A stretch of DNA of 64,000 nucleotides from Candidatus Saccharimonadales bacterium (GCA_035480035.1 DATIID010000001.1:201323-265322); one strand, 5' to 3'. Shown: positions 1-8,610, counted from the stretch's first letter. Numbers and translations: made by a program. The notes: generated by a model not told the origin, from the letters alone.

Positions 1-270
1 GAGTTTGGAGCATGTATTGCCTACGGTGTTAACTTAAGCGCTGAAGCAGAATCACTGCTCACAAACAAACTAGTCGCTTCGTCAGGTGCTTTGATTACTA
101 ACTTAGGTGAACACGATAACTCGTCTGGAATCGACAAATTATGGACAATTTCGCATGCTGATCGGGTTGTTGATTTAAGACGACAACACATGCCCATTGT
201 TTACGATAATGGCGATATCGAAGAAGACGGTACGATTTTCTATTTGGCAGCCCGAAAATTAGGCACCTGA
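1..270 (+). CDS. 3' end (89 codons) of a CDS that starts upstream of the window; product unknown
   Basis: Frame 1 is open from base 1 to TGA at 268-270 (...IFYLAARKLGT*). It is missing from the ORF track because no start codon lies in the window. It converges on the next gene and overlaps its stop by 12 nt. Confidence 0.4.
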   Translation, partial: EFGACIAYGVNLSAEAESLLTNKLVASSGALITNLGEHDNSSGIDKLWTISHADRVVDLRRQHMPIVYDNGDIEEDGTIFYLAARKLGT

Positions 271-2610
271 TAATTTTTCGAGTTTAAATTGGGTGGCGCG
301 CTCGGCGGCTAAACGAGTTAATTCAGGATCTTCGCCTTTATTTACAAATTTCATGGCTTCGGCTAATAACGGATGTTTTTCGGCTAACTGCTCATGCATT
401 TGCTGGACTAGCTTACGATAGCCCGGGTGACCTTGTGGCGAAGTGCGTAGTTCATGCAAATGAAAAGCTTCACGGGCATTGTAGGTTACGGTCCAACGCA
501 TTTTATGCCCAAGTAAGGTGGCATATTGAGCTTCATAGGTATAACCGGTGGCTTGGAGTTGGCTGTAAAGCTGCGCCGACAAATCAAAACACCGCTCAAA
601 CTTATCATCAAGGCCTGCTTCACTAACAAGTTCAGGAACATCAAATCCATAACGTGGACTTAAAGCTTGCCATTCTAAGTCGTCAACCATGCGATGGCGT
701 TGCAAATCTCTGAAGATACCATAATCACAAACTAAATCCCATGTGTAATGGGCCTGTTCGAGTGCCCGGCCAGGTCGGTGACGGCGGTTTAAGCGTTCGC
801 CCACATAAGTTTCAAACACCTTCATTTTTTGCTCGATCGACCATTTTTCGGTAACCGATTGCAATTCTTTGATTGATAACGAACTGCTTTCGTATAGCAT
901 ATAGGGTATTAACTCCAGCTCATTGACGGGCCACGCTCGAATCAACTGAACAGCAGGTGGCATTTCACCGTAAGATTCAGTTAAATATTGCTTGGCTAAA
1001 TCGGCTACTTGGTGTCTGGTGTTTGCCAAATAAGCAGTTGTAGCGCCGCCTCGTTCGGGATTGTCGGCCCGTTCTAGAAAAGTCGGCATTGCCTTTCGGG
1101 CTTCTTCTAAGATTTGATCGCCAACCGTTTGAGCTTCTAGGCTGTCACTCGCTCTCAGATGCATTATCAAGCTTTCCAGGGCCTGAGCACTAGCAAAAAT
1201 GCCAACAGTTGACTTAGTAGCCACCGGTAATACTGGTCTGATGGCGTCACAGGCTTGGGCGCGAATGGCCGAGCGCCAAGCACCGTCTTGCTCAGCTTTT
1301 GGAACTGTCGATTTTCGACTGATATAATCAGTTAATTCGTGAACCATGTCTGAATAAAGGTCAAATATGGTATCCATCGTTTGTACGTAGTCGTCTCGAG
1401 TTTGATTATCTAATTGAGGCGGCAGGAAGTATTTGTACCGTCCATCAGCTTGGCGCTGGTCAAAGTAAATATAGCGTGTGGATTGCTCAAGGTATGCGGC
1501 CAACCGACCCCACTCTAACTGCTTGGTTAACAGATTACTGGCGTTTTCGACAACCACATGTAGTCCGGCAAGCTGTTGAACGGAATCGTCACCGTAAGCT
1601 GTGATAACCCTTTTTAGCAAATCAGCATCACGGCCCTCATTTCCGGCAAATTCATCAAGTAGAGTAATACGCATATCATCACCTCGTCGGCTAAGTCGGG
1701 CCATGGCTGCAGCAATCGTTATTGGGCTTAACTTGTCTGTAAAGGTGTATACATTACCGCTTATGTTGGTGACGGCTTGGTTTAAAAACTCTTGGCCATC
1801 AGGTGTGATAGCAAAGGTTTTATCGTCATTTTTAATAATGTACTGCTTTACTTCACTACTTAAAGAGGGTGTTGAAGTCGCCACAGCCGGTTGGCTAACA
1901 GCGTGGACTTGGGCTGGCAACAACGGTTCAATCGTTTTCCATAGAATATCTTGGATAGCCTCGATGCTAAGTAACGCCCCATCACGAACGCAATCAATCC
2001 TAGTAAAATCTTTCGGAAATAATTGACACAGATCATCATAGACCTCAACCGACTTTCGGAGGTGATTAATATCGGCTTCGTGGATGTCCCGTTTGTTAAC
2101 GGTGTAACTACGTGATGGTTTTTCATCGACGAGTTTTTGTGCTACCTCGGCCGGAACCCTTAACACAAAAGATTTATCCGGCCTGGGGATGCCCAACATT
2201 TCGAACTCTAAATTATCAAGCCATATGAAATAACCACGCCGCTCCTCAGCGTTTTGAAATTTACCACCCTGGTGAGCCATGTTTGACCCGGTAAACCGAT
2301 TTGCTAATACGACTTTTCCAGCTGCTAAGGCTTCTTTAATTTGAAATGAAATATCATATCGATTAAGTGCAAAAAATAATGAGGCAGTGTAAGGCCCGAC
2401 TTGATCCCCGCTACCATAATGGCCGTTTAGGTATTCTCGTACAAAGTAGCTGGACGGTTCTTCATAAAGCGGAAAATCAAACATCGCAACATCGTAGCCC
2501 TCAGACTCGAGTTTTTCAGCCAACAACTTAAATTGAGTACCCTTGCCAGAACCATCAGTGCCTTCTATGACAAAAAATACACCACGTTTAACTTGACTGC
2601 TATCATTCAT
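259..2610 (-). CDS. thyX: Fusion protein: N-terminal thymidylate-kinase-like P-loop domain (aa 1-230) plus two ThyX-like (flavin-dependent thymidylate synthase) repeats (aa ~255-783)
   Basis: 783-aa ORF. P-loop IEGTDGSGKGT with Tmk-like architecture at the N-terminus. ThyX signature RHR-x10-SPRY at aa 638-654 and a degenerate copy WGR-x7-STRY at aa 367-380. Each half has a ThyX-like LR...AQ C-terminal motif. The ATG overlaps the dcd stop (ATGA). Confidence 0.75.
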   Translation of the reverse strand: MNDSSQVKRGVFFVIEGTDGSGKGTQFKLLAEKLESEGYDVAMFDFPLYEEPSSYFVREYLNGHYGSGDQVGPYTASLFFALNRYDISFQIKEALAAGKVVLANRFTGSNMAHQGGKFQNAEERRGYFIWLDNLEFEMLGIPRPDKSFVLRVPAEVAQKLVDEKPSRSYTVNKRDIHEADINHLRKSVEVYDDLCQLFPKDFTRIDCVRDGALLSIEAIQDILWKTIEPLLPAQVHAVSQPAVATSTPSLSSEVKQYIIKNDDKTFAITPDGQEFLNQAVTNISGNVYTFTDKLSPITIAAAMARLSRRGDDMRITLLDEFAGNEGRDADLLKRVITAYGDDSVQQLAGLHVVVENASNLLTKQLEWGRLAAYLEQSTRYIYFDQRQADGRYKYFLPPQLDNQTRDDYVQTMDTIFDLYSDMVHELTDYISRKSTVPKAEQDGAWRSAIRAQACDAIRPVLPVATKSTVGIFASAQALESLIMHLRASDSLEAQTVGDQILEEARKAMPTFLERADNPERGGATTAYLANTRHQVADLAKQYLTESYGEMPPAVQLIRAWPVNELELIPYMLYESSSLSIKELQSVTEKWSIEQKMKVFETYVGERLNRRHRPGRALEQAHYTWDLVCDYGIFRDLQRHRMVDDLEWQALSPRYGFDVPELVSEAGLDDKFERCFDLSAQLYSQLQATGYTYEAQYATLLGHKMRWTVTYNAREAFHLHELRTSPQGHPGYRKLVQQMHEQLAEKHPLLAEAMKFVNKGEDPELTRLAAERATQFKLEKLSGA

Positions 2611-3320
2611 CGCGCTTTTAAACCAGGGATGGCCTCCGGCAATTGTCGATTATCCTTGTAAGCTCGTGGTAACATTTGTTCTGGCGTCCAATTTGCAATA
2701 ATCGTCGGCAAGTCACTACCGCTTTGGTACTTACCACTAAAACCATCATCACGGCCTTCACCATAACTGCCCTCCACTGGACCGGTCTCGTGAAATATAG
2801 CTTGACCAATCCGTTCGCCAACCGGTAATAATACGGTTTCTTTCTGGTTAAGGTTAAAAATTTCTAAAGTTAAGCGATTAATATAACCTGGATCAACCCA
2901 ACCAGCATCAAAACAAACAGCAATACCGTTACGACCCCAGCTGGAGCGTGACTTTAGCTCATAGGCACCGGGCGGCTTAATACCAAAAAACTCATGAGTG
3001 TGAGCTAAAATCCGTTCGCCTGGTCGGATTGGAATGACCGGATGATCTGGCGGTATACCCTTTAGTAAGCTGGCCCCATTTTTAAAACACCAATCTTGAT
3101 GAGTCACGGCTTGGTGTGGACCAGAAAAATAGCGGTTTACATCACTCTCGTCGAATGGATTATAAATGGTATGGTCGCCATCGCGTTCCGTTCGGTAATA
3201 GTAGTAGCCAAGTGTTACATCGAGACTGGCGTGAGCGACATGCTTTGGCATAAACGGCTCACAAACAATATGACCCTCTTTAATGGCTGCCCGAATTTGC
3301 TGATTGCTATAAACTCCCAC
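2607..3320 (-). CDS. dcd: dCTP deaminase / dUTPase-superfamily protein
   Basis: Motifs IRAAIKEGHIVCEPF and GWVDPGYINRLTLEIFN are typical of Dcd. I prefer the GTG start at 3320, preceded by AGGAGGG (3324-3330). The track TTG start at 3374 would translate a hairpin/promoter-like region. Confidence 0.75.
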   Translation of the reverse strand: MGVYSNQQIRAAIKEGHIVCEPFMPKHVAHASLDVTLGYYYYRTERDGDHTIYNPFDESDVNRYFSGPHQAVTHQDWCFKNGASLLKGIPPDHPVIPIRPGERILAHTHEFFGIKPPGAYELKSRSSWGRNGIAVCFDAGWVDPGYINRLTLEIFNLNQKETVLLPVGERIGQAIFHETGPVEGSYGEGRDDGFSGKYQSGSDLPTIIANWTPEQMLPRAYKDNRQLPEAIPGLKAR

Positions 3321-3344
3321 TAACCCTCCTAATAAACTAACTAC

Positions 3345-3387
3345 ATTGTACGGTTTGTCAAAACCATGACGCAAGCATAAGCGTCAT
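3345..3387 (-). promoter_or_regulatory. Intercistronic hairpin (3366-3387) plus candidate promoter between tmk and dcd
   Basis: Minus strand reads ATGACGC-TTATGCTT-GCGTCAT followed by GGTTTTG (7-bp stem). TTGCGT (3369-3374), an 18-nt spacer and TACAAT (3345-3350) lie upstream of the dcd SD and GTG. Confidence 0.3.
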
Positions 3388-3398
3388 ATTTTACATCA

Positions 3399-4025
3399 TT
3401 ACAACTCGTTTAATATGTTTTGATGGACGGTAGCTTTATCTGGTTCAGCATTGATCTCGACTACTTTGACCCCTAAATTAGATTGTTTCAAATACATTAG
3501 TCCGGCCATGTAGCCCTGACGGACATGCAAATGGTAATCTGACCCCTTTTTTTCAAAATAATCGGTATTGCCGCGGGCTTCACGCCGTTTATCAAGAATA
3601 CTTTGGGCGGCGGTAAGATAAATTAATGTATCAATCTGTAAACTTTTGACCATGTCCAAGCAGGACATTAAAGCTTCGTCTTTATTTGTCATTTGACTAG
3701 CAAAGGCGTTATAAGCGACCATAGCCAACGGACTGCGGTCAATGATTATCATTTCTTTAGATTTACGGTCATTAATATCTTCAGCAAGTGCTTGGCACAT
3801 GGCCCGGGAAATATAAAAGTCGGTTTGACCAGAACGTGGTAAATCGTCATTCAATGAAACTTGTCGCAGCGCTTCACCAATTGGCGTACCGCCAGACATT
3901 CGAGTAGCGTGAACGGTTTGACCCTGCATGTTAAAATACTCGGTTAAAAGCTTAACTTGCGAGGATTTGCCAGCTCCGTCAGGACCATCAATGGCAATTA
4001 CTCGGTTGTGGGCTTCAGCACTCAT
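3399..4025 (-). CDS. tmk: Thymidylate kinase (canonical bacterial type)
   Basis: P-loop IAIDGPDGAGKSSQ, TRMSGGTPIGEALR (TREPGGT-like) and a DRS (DRY-type) motif. The gene starts 9 nt after the rplA stop. Confidence 0.85.
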   Translation of the reverse strand: MSAEAHNRVIAIDGPDGAGKSSQVKLLTEYFNMQGQTVHATRMSGGTPIGEALRQVSLNDDLPRSGQTDFYISRAMCQALAEDINDRKSKEMIIIDRSPLAMVAYNAFASQMTNKDEALMSCLDMVKSLQIDTLIYLTAAQSILDKRREARGNTDYFEKKGSDYHLHVRQGYMAGLMYLKQSNLGVKVVEINAEPDKATVHQNILNEL

Positions 4026-4034
4026 GCTGATATT

Positions 4035-5000
4035 CTACACTTCGGCGGGGCTAACTAAAATTGACGGGCCCATTGTAGTGGTCACGTAAAGGCTGGTTAC
4101 ATAATTGCCTTTGATGCTTGAAGGTTTAGCCGATTTAATGCTACTTAAAATTGCCTGGCAGTTTTGAATTAACTTATCTTTGCCAAAACTAACCTTACCG
4201 CAGGCGACATGGATAATGCCGGTACTGTCAATTCGGTATTCAATACGACCGGCTTTGGCTTCGGTCACCGCTTTTTCGATATTGGTAGTAACTGTACCGC
4301 TTTTGGGGTTTGGCATTAGGCCTTGAGGACCAAGCAGACGAGCGAACTTGCCAAGTTTGCTCATGTTGGTTGGGGTAGCGATCAAAATATCAAAGTTAAT
4401 CGTGGCTTTTTCAAGCTGTCCCAAGAATTCATCGCTACCAGCAATATCGGCGCCGGCTTTCTTGGCTTTAGCGACGTCATCTGGTTCAGCAAAAACGGCT
4501 ACCCGTACTGTTTTGCCCGTCCCGGCTGGCAGAACTACGGTTTGACGAATATTTTGGTCGGCCTGTTTAGGATCAACACCTAATCTAACATGTAGCTCAA
4601 CACTGGCATCAAACTTAACTGGGCTGGTTTTTAGGGCTAGTTCAATAGCTTCAGCCAGGCTGTAAACCTTGCCTTTTTCAATCAATGTGGAGACTTTTTT
4701 ATAAGCTTTACTACGACGTTCTAAACGTGACCGGGCCGATTTAACGCTAACTTTAGGTTTAGCCGGTGACTCATCAGTTTTAGACGCAGTTTTACGCTCC
4801 TCTTTGGCTTGTTTTACTTCAGTCTCAACTAGTGCTTTGTGACTGCGCTTACCTGCTTTAGCCTTGGTTACTTCTCTTTGGACTGGCTTTTCAGCTGTTT
4901 TAGTCTCAGGCTGACTACTTTCTTGATCAATCCCATCTTTAATTTCTTCCTTTACTTTTTTAGCTACTTTAGCGTTTGCGACTTTCTTGGCTTCAGCCAT
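4035..5000 (-). CDS. rplA: 50S ribosomal protein L1 (uL1) with a ~105-aa K/A/E-rich N-terminal extension
   Basis: The uL1 core starts near aa 106 (SKAYKK..., LGPQGLMPNPKSGTV). ATG at 5000 is preceded by AAGGAGG with a 5-nt spacer. The track GTG start at 5042 is rejected. Confidence 0.9.
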   Translation of the reverse strand: MAEAKKVANAKVAKKVKEEIKDGIDQESSQPETKTAEKPVQREVTKAKAGKRSHKALVETEVKQAKEERKTASKTDESPAKPKVSVKSARSRLERRSKAYKKVSTLIEKGKVYSLAEAIELALKTSPVKFDASVELHVRLGVDPKQADQNIRQTVVLPAGTGKTVRVAVFAEPDDVAKAKKAGADIAGSDEFLGQLEKATINFDILIATPTNMSKLGKFARLLGPQGLMPNPKSGTVTTNIEKAVTEAKAGRIEYRIDSTGIIHVACGKVSFGKDKLIQNCQAILSSIKSAKPSSIKGNYVTSLYVTTTMGPSILVSPAEV

Positions 5001-5056
5001 GATTCCTCCTTCGTGGTTCAAACGGTAAAATTTACCTCCCACAAATTGTTTAATAA

Positions 5057-5485
5057 TTATTCGACTTCTACGCCCATACTTCGGGCCGTTCCAGCCACCA
5101 TTTTCTTAACCGCTTCAATGTCATCGGTATTCATGTCGCCAGCTTTGGCTTCGGCAATTTCTGTTAAAGCATTCTGCGATAGCTTCTTACTGACCTTTTC
5201 ACTGTTTGGTCGGCCTGAACCTTTCTGAATACCGAGTTTTGCCCGGATTAAATCATCAGTTGGTTCACCAACTACTCGAAAACTCATTGTTCGGTCTTCA
5301 TAAATAGCAATATGAACAGTTAAGTTCTTACCTTGTAAATCCTTGGTTCGTTCATTGAATGGTGTAACAAAGTCCATCATATTAACACCGTATTGACCTA
5401 AGGTACTACCAACAGGCGGTGCGGCACTAGCTTGACCGCCCCGTAATTTCATCTTTAAATTAGCTGTAATCTTCTTTTCTGCCAT
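5057..5485 (-). CDS. rplK: 50S ribosomal protein L11 (uL11)
   Basis: Hallmark AAPPVGSTLGQYGVN. Canonical position upstream of rplA. Confidence 0.95.
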   Translation of the reverse strand: MAEKKITANLKMKLRGGQASAAPPVGSTLGQYGVNMMDFVTPFNERTKDLQGKNLTVHIAIYEDRTMSFRVVGEPTDDLIRAKLGIQKGSGRPNSEKVSKKLSQNALTEIAEAKAGDMNTDDIEAVKKMVAGTARSMGVEVE

Positions 5486-5531
5486 AAAAAATACTCCTAT
5501 GGAGTGCGTAACTAGATAAGCTTACTACAAT

Positions 5532-5747
5532 TCACCCCTGTTGTCTAGCGAAAGCTTTACTAAGATAATAGCTGGCAGTGGCAAAAGTTGTGGCCGCAAT
5601 AGCCGGTTCATGAGCCAAAGTTGCCAATAAAGTTAAACCACCAAGCGCCATGACTTCTGGAGTGGCCATTTCCCGGATACTAACATCAGTTTCAGTAATA
5701 ATTGAATTTATTTCGTATGCAATTATGCGGTCTTCGATTTCACTCAT
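5532..5747 (-). CDS. Hypothetical 71-aa protein with a hydrophobic C-terminal half, lying between nusG and rplK
   Basis: ATG ORF with no recognisable SD and no motif I recognise. It could instead be part of an rplK leader. Confidence 0.3.
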   Translation of the reverse strand: MSEIEDRIIAYEINSIITETDVSIREMATPEVMALGGLTLLATLAHEPAIAATTFATASYYLSKAFARQQG

Positions 5748-5763
5748 GAATATTAACCGCGAA

Positions 5764-6306
5764 TTACACTCTTTTTACTTGCAAACTGTCAAGCTCGACT
5801 GGGGTTTCGCGGCCGAACATATTAACCAAGACCTTAAGCTTGCCCTTTTGGGGGTCAATTTCGTTGATTGAACCGTCAAAGCCTTTAAACGGACCATCAG
5901 TGATACTAACTACTTCACCAACGTTAAAGTCAATCTTATGCTTTGGTTCTTCACGGCCCATCCGCTTCATAATTTTTTCCATCTCATCGTTTTCAATTGG
6001 GCTCGGCTCGGAACCACTGCCAACGAAACCAGTGACTGATGGTGTATTACGAACAATGTACCAGGCATCTTCACTCATTTTCATCTGGACTAACACATAA
6101 CCCTGAAAAATACGCTTCTCAACAACTTTGCGTTTACCATTTTTAACTTCAATCATTTTCTCTTTTGGCACTAACACTTGAAAAATCTTGTCTTTCATAT
6201 CCAAACTTTCAGCCCTTTGCCGGATAGATTCAGCTACTTTTTCCTCATAACCACTGTAAGTGTGGATAGCGTACCATTGTTTGGATGTATCATAACGTTT
6301 ACTCAT
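5764..6306 (-). CDS. nusG: Transcription termination/antitermination factor NusG
   Basis: NGN domain (WYAIHTYSGYE) and KOW motif (GPFKGFDGSI). Follows secE. Confidence 0.95.
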   Translation of the reverse strand: MSKRYDTSKQWYAIHTYSGYEEKVAESIRQRAESLDMKDKIFQVLVPKEKMIEVKNGKRKVVEKRIFQGYVLVQMKMSEDAWYIVRNTPSVTGFVGSGSEPSPIENDEMEKIMKRMGREEPKHKIDFNVGEVVSITDGPFKGFDGSINEIDPQKGKLKVLVNMFGRETPVELDSLQVKRV

Positions 6307-6316
6307 ATGTAAGTTC

Positions 6317-6661
6317 CTACTTAAGAATTATGCTTCTAAATAATTTATCTAAACCGTAGTCGACAACAGCGATAACAATACCGAAAGCGATAGCAAAAAC
6401 AAACACTGCACTAGTCAGTTTCCAGGTTTCTTTGCGATCTGGCCAAGTCACCATCCCGAGTTCTTTGAAGGTGTTCCTTACAAAACCCGGTACAATTATT
6501 CGGCCAATTCGTCCAAATGGCTTGAAAACTGTTGCGCCCCTGATCGCGCCGGCTTTGACTCTAATGCGCCGCTGACGTTTTGGCGCGTCGGAACTGGCTT
6601 TTTGTGCGCGTTCACGCACAGTTTCTACCTTTTTGATAACTCGCTTTGGTTTATCTGTCAC
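6317..6661 (-). CDS. secE: Preprotein translocase subunit SecE with a basic N-terminal extension
   Basis: C-terminal ELGMVTWP motif followed by one TM helix. GTG start with AGGAG 6 nt upstream. Canonical position before nusG. Confidence 0.85.
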   Translation of the reverse strand: MTDKPKRVIKKVETVRERAQKASSDAPKRQRRIRVKAGAIRGATVFKPFGRIGRIIVPGFVRNTFKELGMVTWPDRKETWKLTSAVFVFAIAFGIVIAVVDYGLDKLFRSIILK

Positions 6662-6674
6662 TATCTTCTCCTAA

Positions 6675-6701
6675 TAAAAAATCTACCATATTTTGGTAGA
6701 T
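6675..6701 (-). terminator. Rho-independent terminator candidate downstream of the histidine kinase gene
   Basis: Minus strand reads ATCTACCA-AAATA-TGGTAGAT followed by TTTTT. The 8-bp stem is AU-rich. Confidence 0.45.
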
Positions 6702-6737
6702 GTCCACTGTCAATACTACTCTAACACTTTACAGTAG

Positions 6738-7874
6738 TCAAGCTAGATTTTTATTCGGTGCTGACTGCTCTAAATTAGGTATAAAAACTGTAAATGTGGT
6801 ACCTTTGTTAATTTCGGACTCTAAATTGATTTCGGCATGGAGTAAACGCACTAGTTTCATAGTAACGTAGAGACCAAGTCCGGTACCTTTATTTTTACGT
6901 GTCCGGAAGTCTTCACTGCGAAAAAACTTATCAAAAACCTTGTCTTTGTCACTTTTACTAATGCCAATCCCGGTATCACTAACGTAGAAAACCACACCTT
7001 TACCCTTTGGCTTGGCGCCAATCACCACATGTCCTGCCTCAGTATATTTAATGGCATTGGTGATAAAGTTCTGCAAGACTTCACGGACATATAATCGACT
7101 TGACTGAAGAACTTCTAATGACGGATCGATGTCGCTTTTAAGCTCCAATCCCTTTTTCTGAGCATCAGGTGCGTAGTTCTTAAGCAGTTCTTCAATTAAT
7201 TCGGCAACGTTAATTGATTCTACTTCAACAGCTAACTTACCTCTTTCAGCTCGCGATAGCGTCGACAGGTCATTAATCATACCAGCCAAGAAAATAATCT
7301 GATTGTAAGTTTCTTTTAAGGAGGCTTTAACAGCATTCAGATCGCCGCTTTTTTCTAGTATAAACTGGGCATTACCGACGTTACCCTCAGCAATGGCGAT
7401 GGGTGTTCGCAGTTCATGACTGACTACACTAATAAATTCGTCGCGCTCCTCCTCCAACGATTTCTCGCGTGTAATATCACGGAGTAAAATAACGTAGCCT
7501 CTCATACCTGCTTGGCCATAGCCCAGCCGTACCGGTGCGATACTAATATACAAACTAATGTTTTCACCATCAGGGTAAATTAATCGCCAGTTGCGTGAAG
7601 CTGTTGAAATTTTAGTTTCTAAAATTATCTTTGTGACGTCTATTGGTTGGTTATTTTTATCGACCAACTTTAAGACAGCATGTATTGGCTTAGCAGTTAT
7701 AGTACTATTGACATCCAAAATATTTAAGGCTGCGCCATTATAAAGTACCACGTTGGCCTGTTCGTCAATGGCAATAACACCATCGGCCATACTGTTAATT
7801 AGGCTGCGTAAACGTTCATGTTCCAGTTCGGCGGTCGATGCGGCAATCGATGGTGTCGTTTTGTCATCAAGCAT
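6738..7874 (-). CDS. Cytoplasmic PAS-domain sensor histidine kinase (orphan)
   Basis: H-box SHELRTP and HATPase_c boxes (DTGIGI, GTGLGL). No TM segment. No response regulator elsewhere in the window. Confidence 0.9.
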   Translation of the reverse strand: MLDDKTTPSIAASTAELEHERLRSLINSMADGVIAIDEQANVVLYNGAALNILDVNSTITAKPIHAVLKLVDKNNQPIDVTKIILETKISTASRNWRLIYPDGENISLYISIAPVRLGYGQAGMRGYVILLRDITREKSLEEERDEFISVVSHELRTPIAIAEGNVGNAQFILEKSGDLNAVKASLKETYNQIIFLAGMINDLSTLSRAERGKLAVEVESINVAELIEELLKNYAPDAQKKGLELKSDIDPSLEVLQSSRLYVREVLQNFITNAIKYTEAGHVVIGAKPKGKGVVFYVSDTGIGISKSDKDKVFDKFFRSEDFRTRKNKGTGLGLYVTMKLVRLLHAEINLESEINKGTTFTVFIPNLEQSAPNKNLA

Positions 7875-7911
7875 GGCCTTATTATGCCATAAGCTTTATC
7901 AGTTAATAAAT

Positions 7912-8610
7912 TCAGAAATAGAGACTAGGTCGGTGTCCGCGAATTTCCTTGCGTATCTCAGGAAGGTTTGGGATATATTTATCTAATTCTTTCCAAAACC
8001 GGGAGCCATGGGCCATTATTTTGGTGTGCGTTAGTTCATGGAGTAATACATAATCAATCAGGCGCCACGGTAGCTGCATTAGATAACAATTTAAAGTAAT
8101 GTTGCCAGACTGATCACAACTACCCCATCGACTCGACAGACGCTTAATTTGGACTGATCGATAGTTAAAACCATGTCGTTTAGCGACTTGCTGGAGTCGA
8201 TTAGGAAGTAATTGTTCGGCCTCTTGTTTGAGCGCTTTCTCGACCGCTTTATGGGCTAGACTTTGAGCTGCCACACTGATTGTTGTTAACTGTCTCGGTA
8301 AAATAACTTTGACGTCACTGCCATTGATTCTAGTTGATGCTCGTCCTGATGGTTTTTCGACAAAAACTAATTGATGGGCTTTCCCGATGCGCATCTTATC
8401 ACGTAAGAAACGTTTGGGTGGCTGATTTTCCTTAATCCAATCAATTTTACTGTGTAAAAAATTAATTCCTAACCGGTAGGGTGTCCAAGTTGGCATGGTT
8501 AGTCTGACTTGACCATTATTACTAATATTTATACGTAAACTGCGGCTCTGGCGTTTTTTTTGTAAACTAACCAGACCAATACCAGGGATATCAACTGTTT
8601 TAACCGGCAT
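7912..8610 (-). CDS. YgjP/DUF45-type (M48-like) zinc metallopeptidase family protein
   Basis: WGSC...HELTHTK zinc-binding motif near the C-terminus. The ATG overlaps the upstream stop (TAATG). Confidence 0.65.
   Translation of the reverse strand: MPVKTVDIPGIGLVSLQKKRQSRSLRINISNNGQVRLTMPTWTPYRLGINFLHSKIDWIKENQPPKRFLRDKMRIGKAHQLVFVEKPSGRASTRINGSDVKVILPRQLTTISVAAQSLAHKAVEKALKQEAEQLLPNRLQQVAKRHGFNYRSVQIKRLSSRWGSCDQSGNITLNCYLMQLPWRLIDYVLLHELTHTKIMAHGSRFWKELDKYIPNLPEIRKEIRGHRPSLYF

Noticed and set aside
1601-2026. Antisense and alternative-frame ORFs inside long genes. Examples: 1601-2026, 1860-2126, 35802-36182, 43303-43557, 57320-57769, 59290-59736, and most of the 60-130 aa entries in the track.
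   Set aside because: They lie wholly within well-supported conserved genes, lack SD sequences and have low-complexity translations. They are typical shadow ORFs.
3321-3374. TTG-initiated N-terminal extension of dcd (track start 3374).
   Set aside because: The extension would translate a hairpin and a promoter-like segment. A GTG at 3320 with AGGAGGG upstream gives an N-terminus that matches canonical Dcd (…SNQQIRAAIKEGHIV).
3369-3380. The 12-mer ACGCAAGCATAA is shared between 3369-3380 and 13320-13331.
   Set aside because: Hundreds of 12-mer coincidences are expected by chance in 64 kb when both strands are considered, and the flanking sequences show no similarity.
5001-5042. GTG-initiated 14-codon extension of rplA.
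   Set aside because: The ATG at 5000 has a strong AAGGAGG SD at optimal spacing, and the upstream GTG has none.
8554-8562. A9 homopolymer (minus strand) inside the DUF45 gene, and A8 at 52563-52570, as possible phase-variation tracts.
   Set aside because: They encode in-frame Lys runs (KKK). A single sequence gives no evidence of length variation, and the tracts are short for slipped-strand switching.
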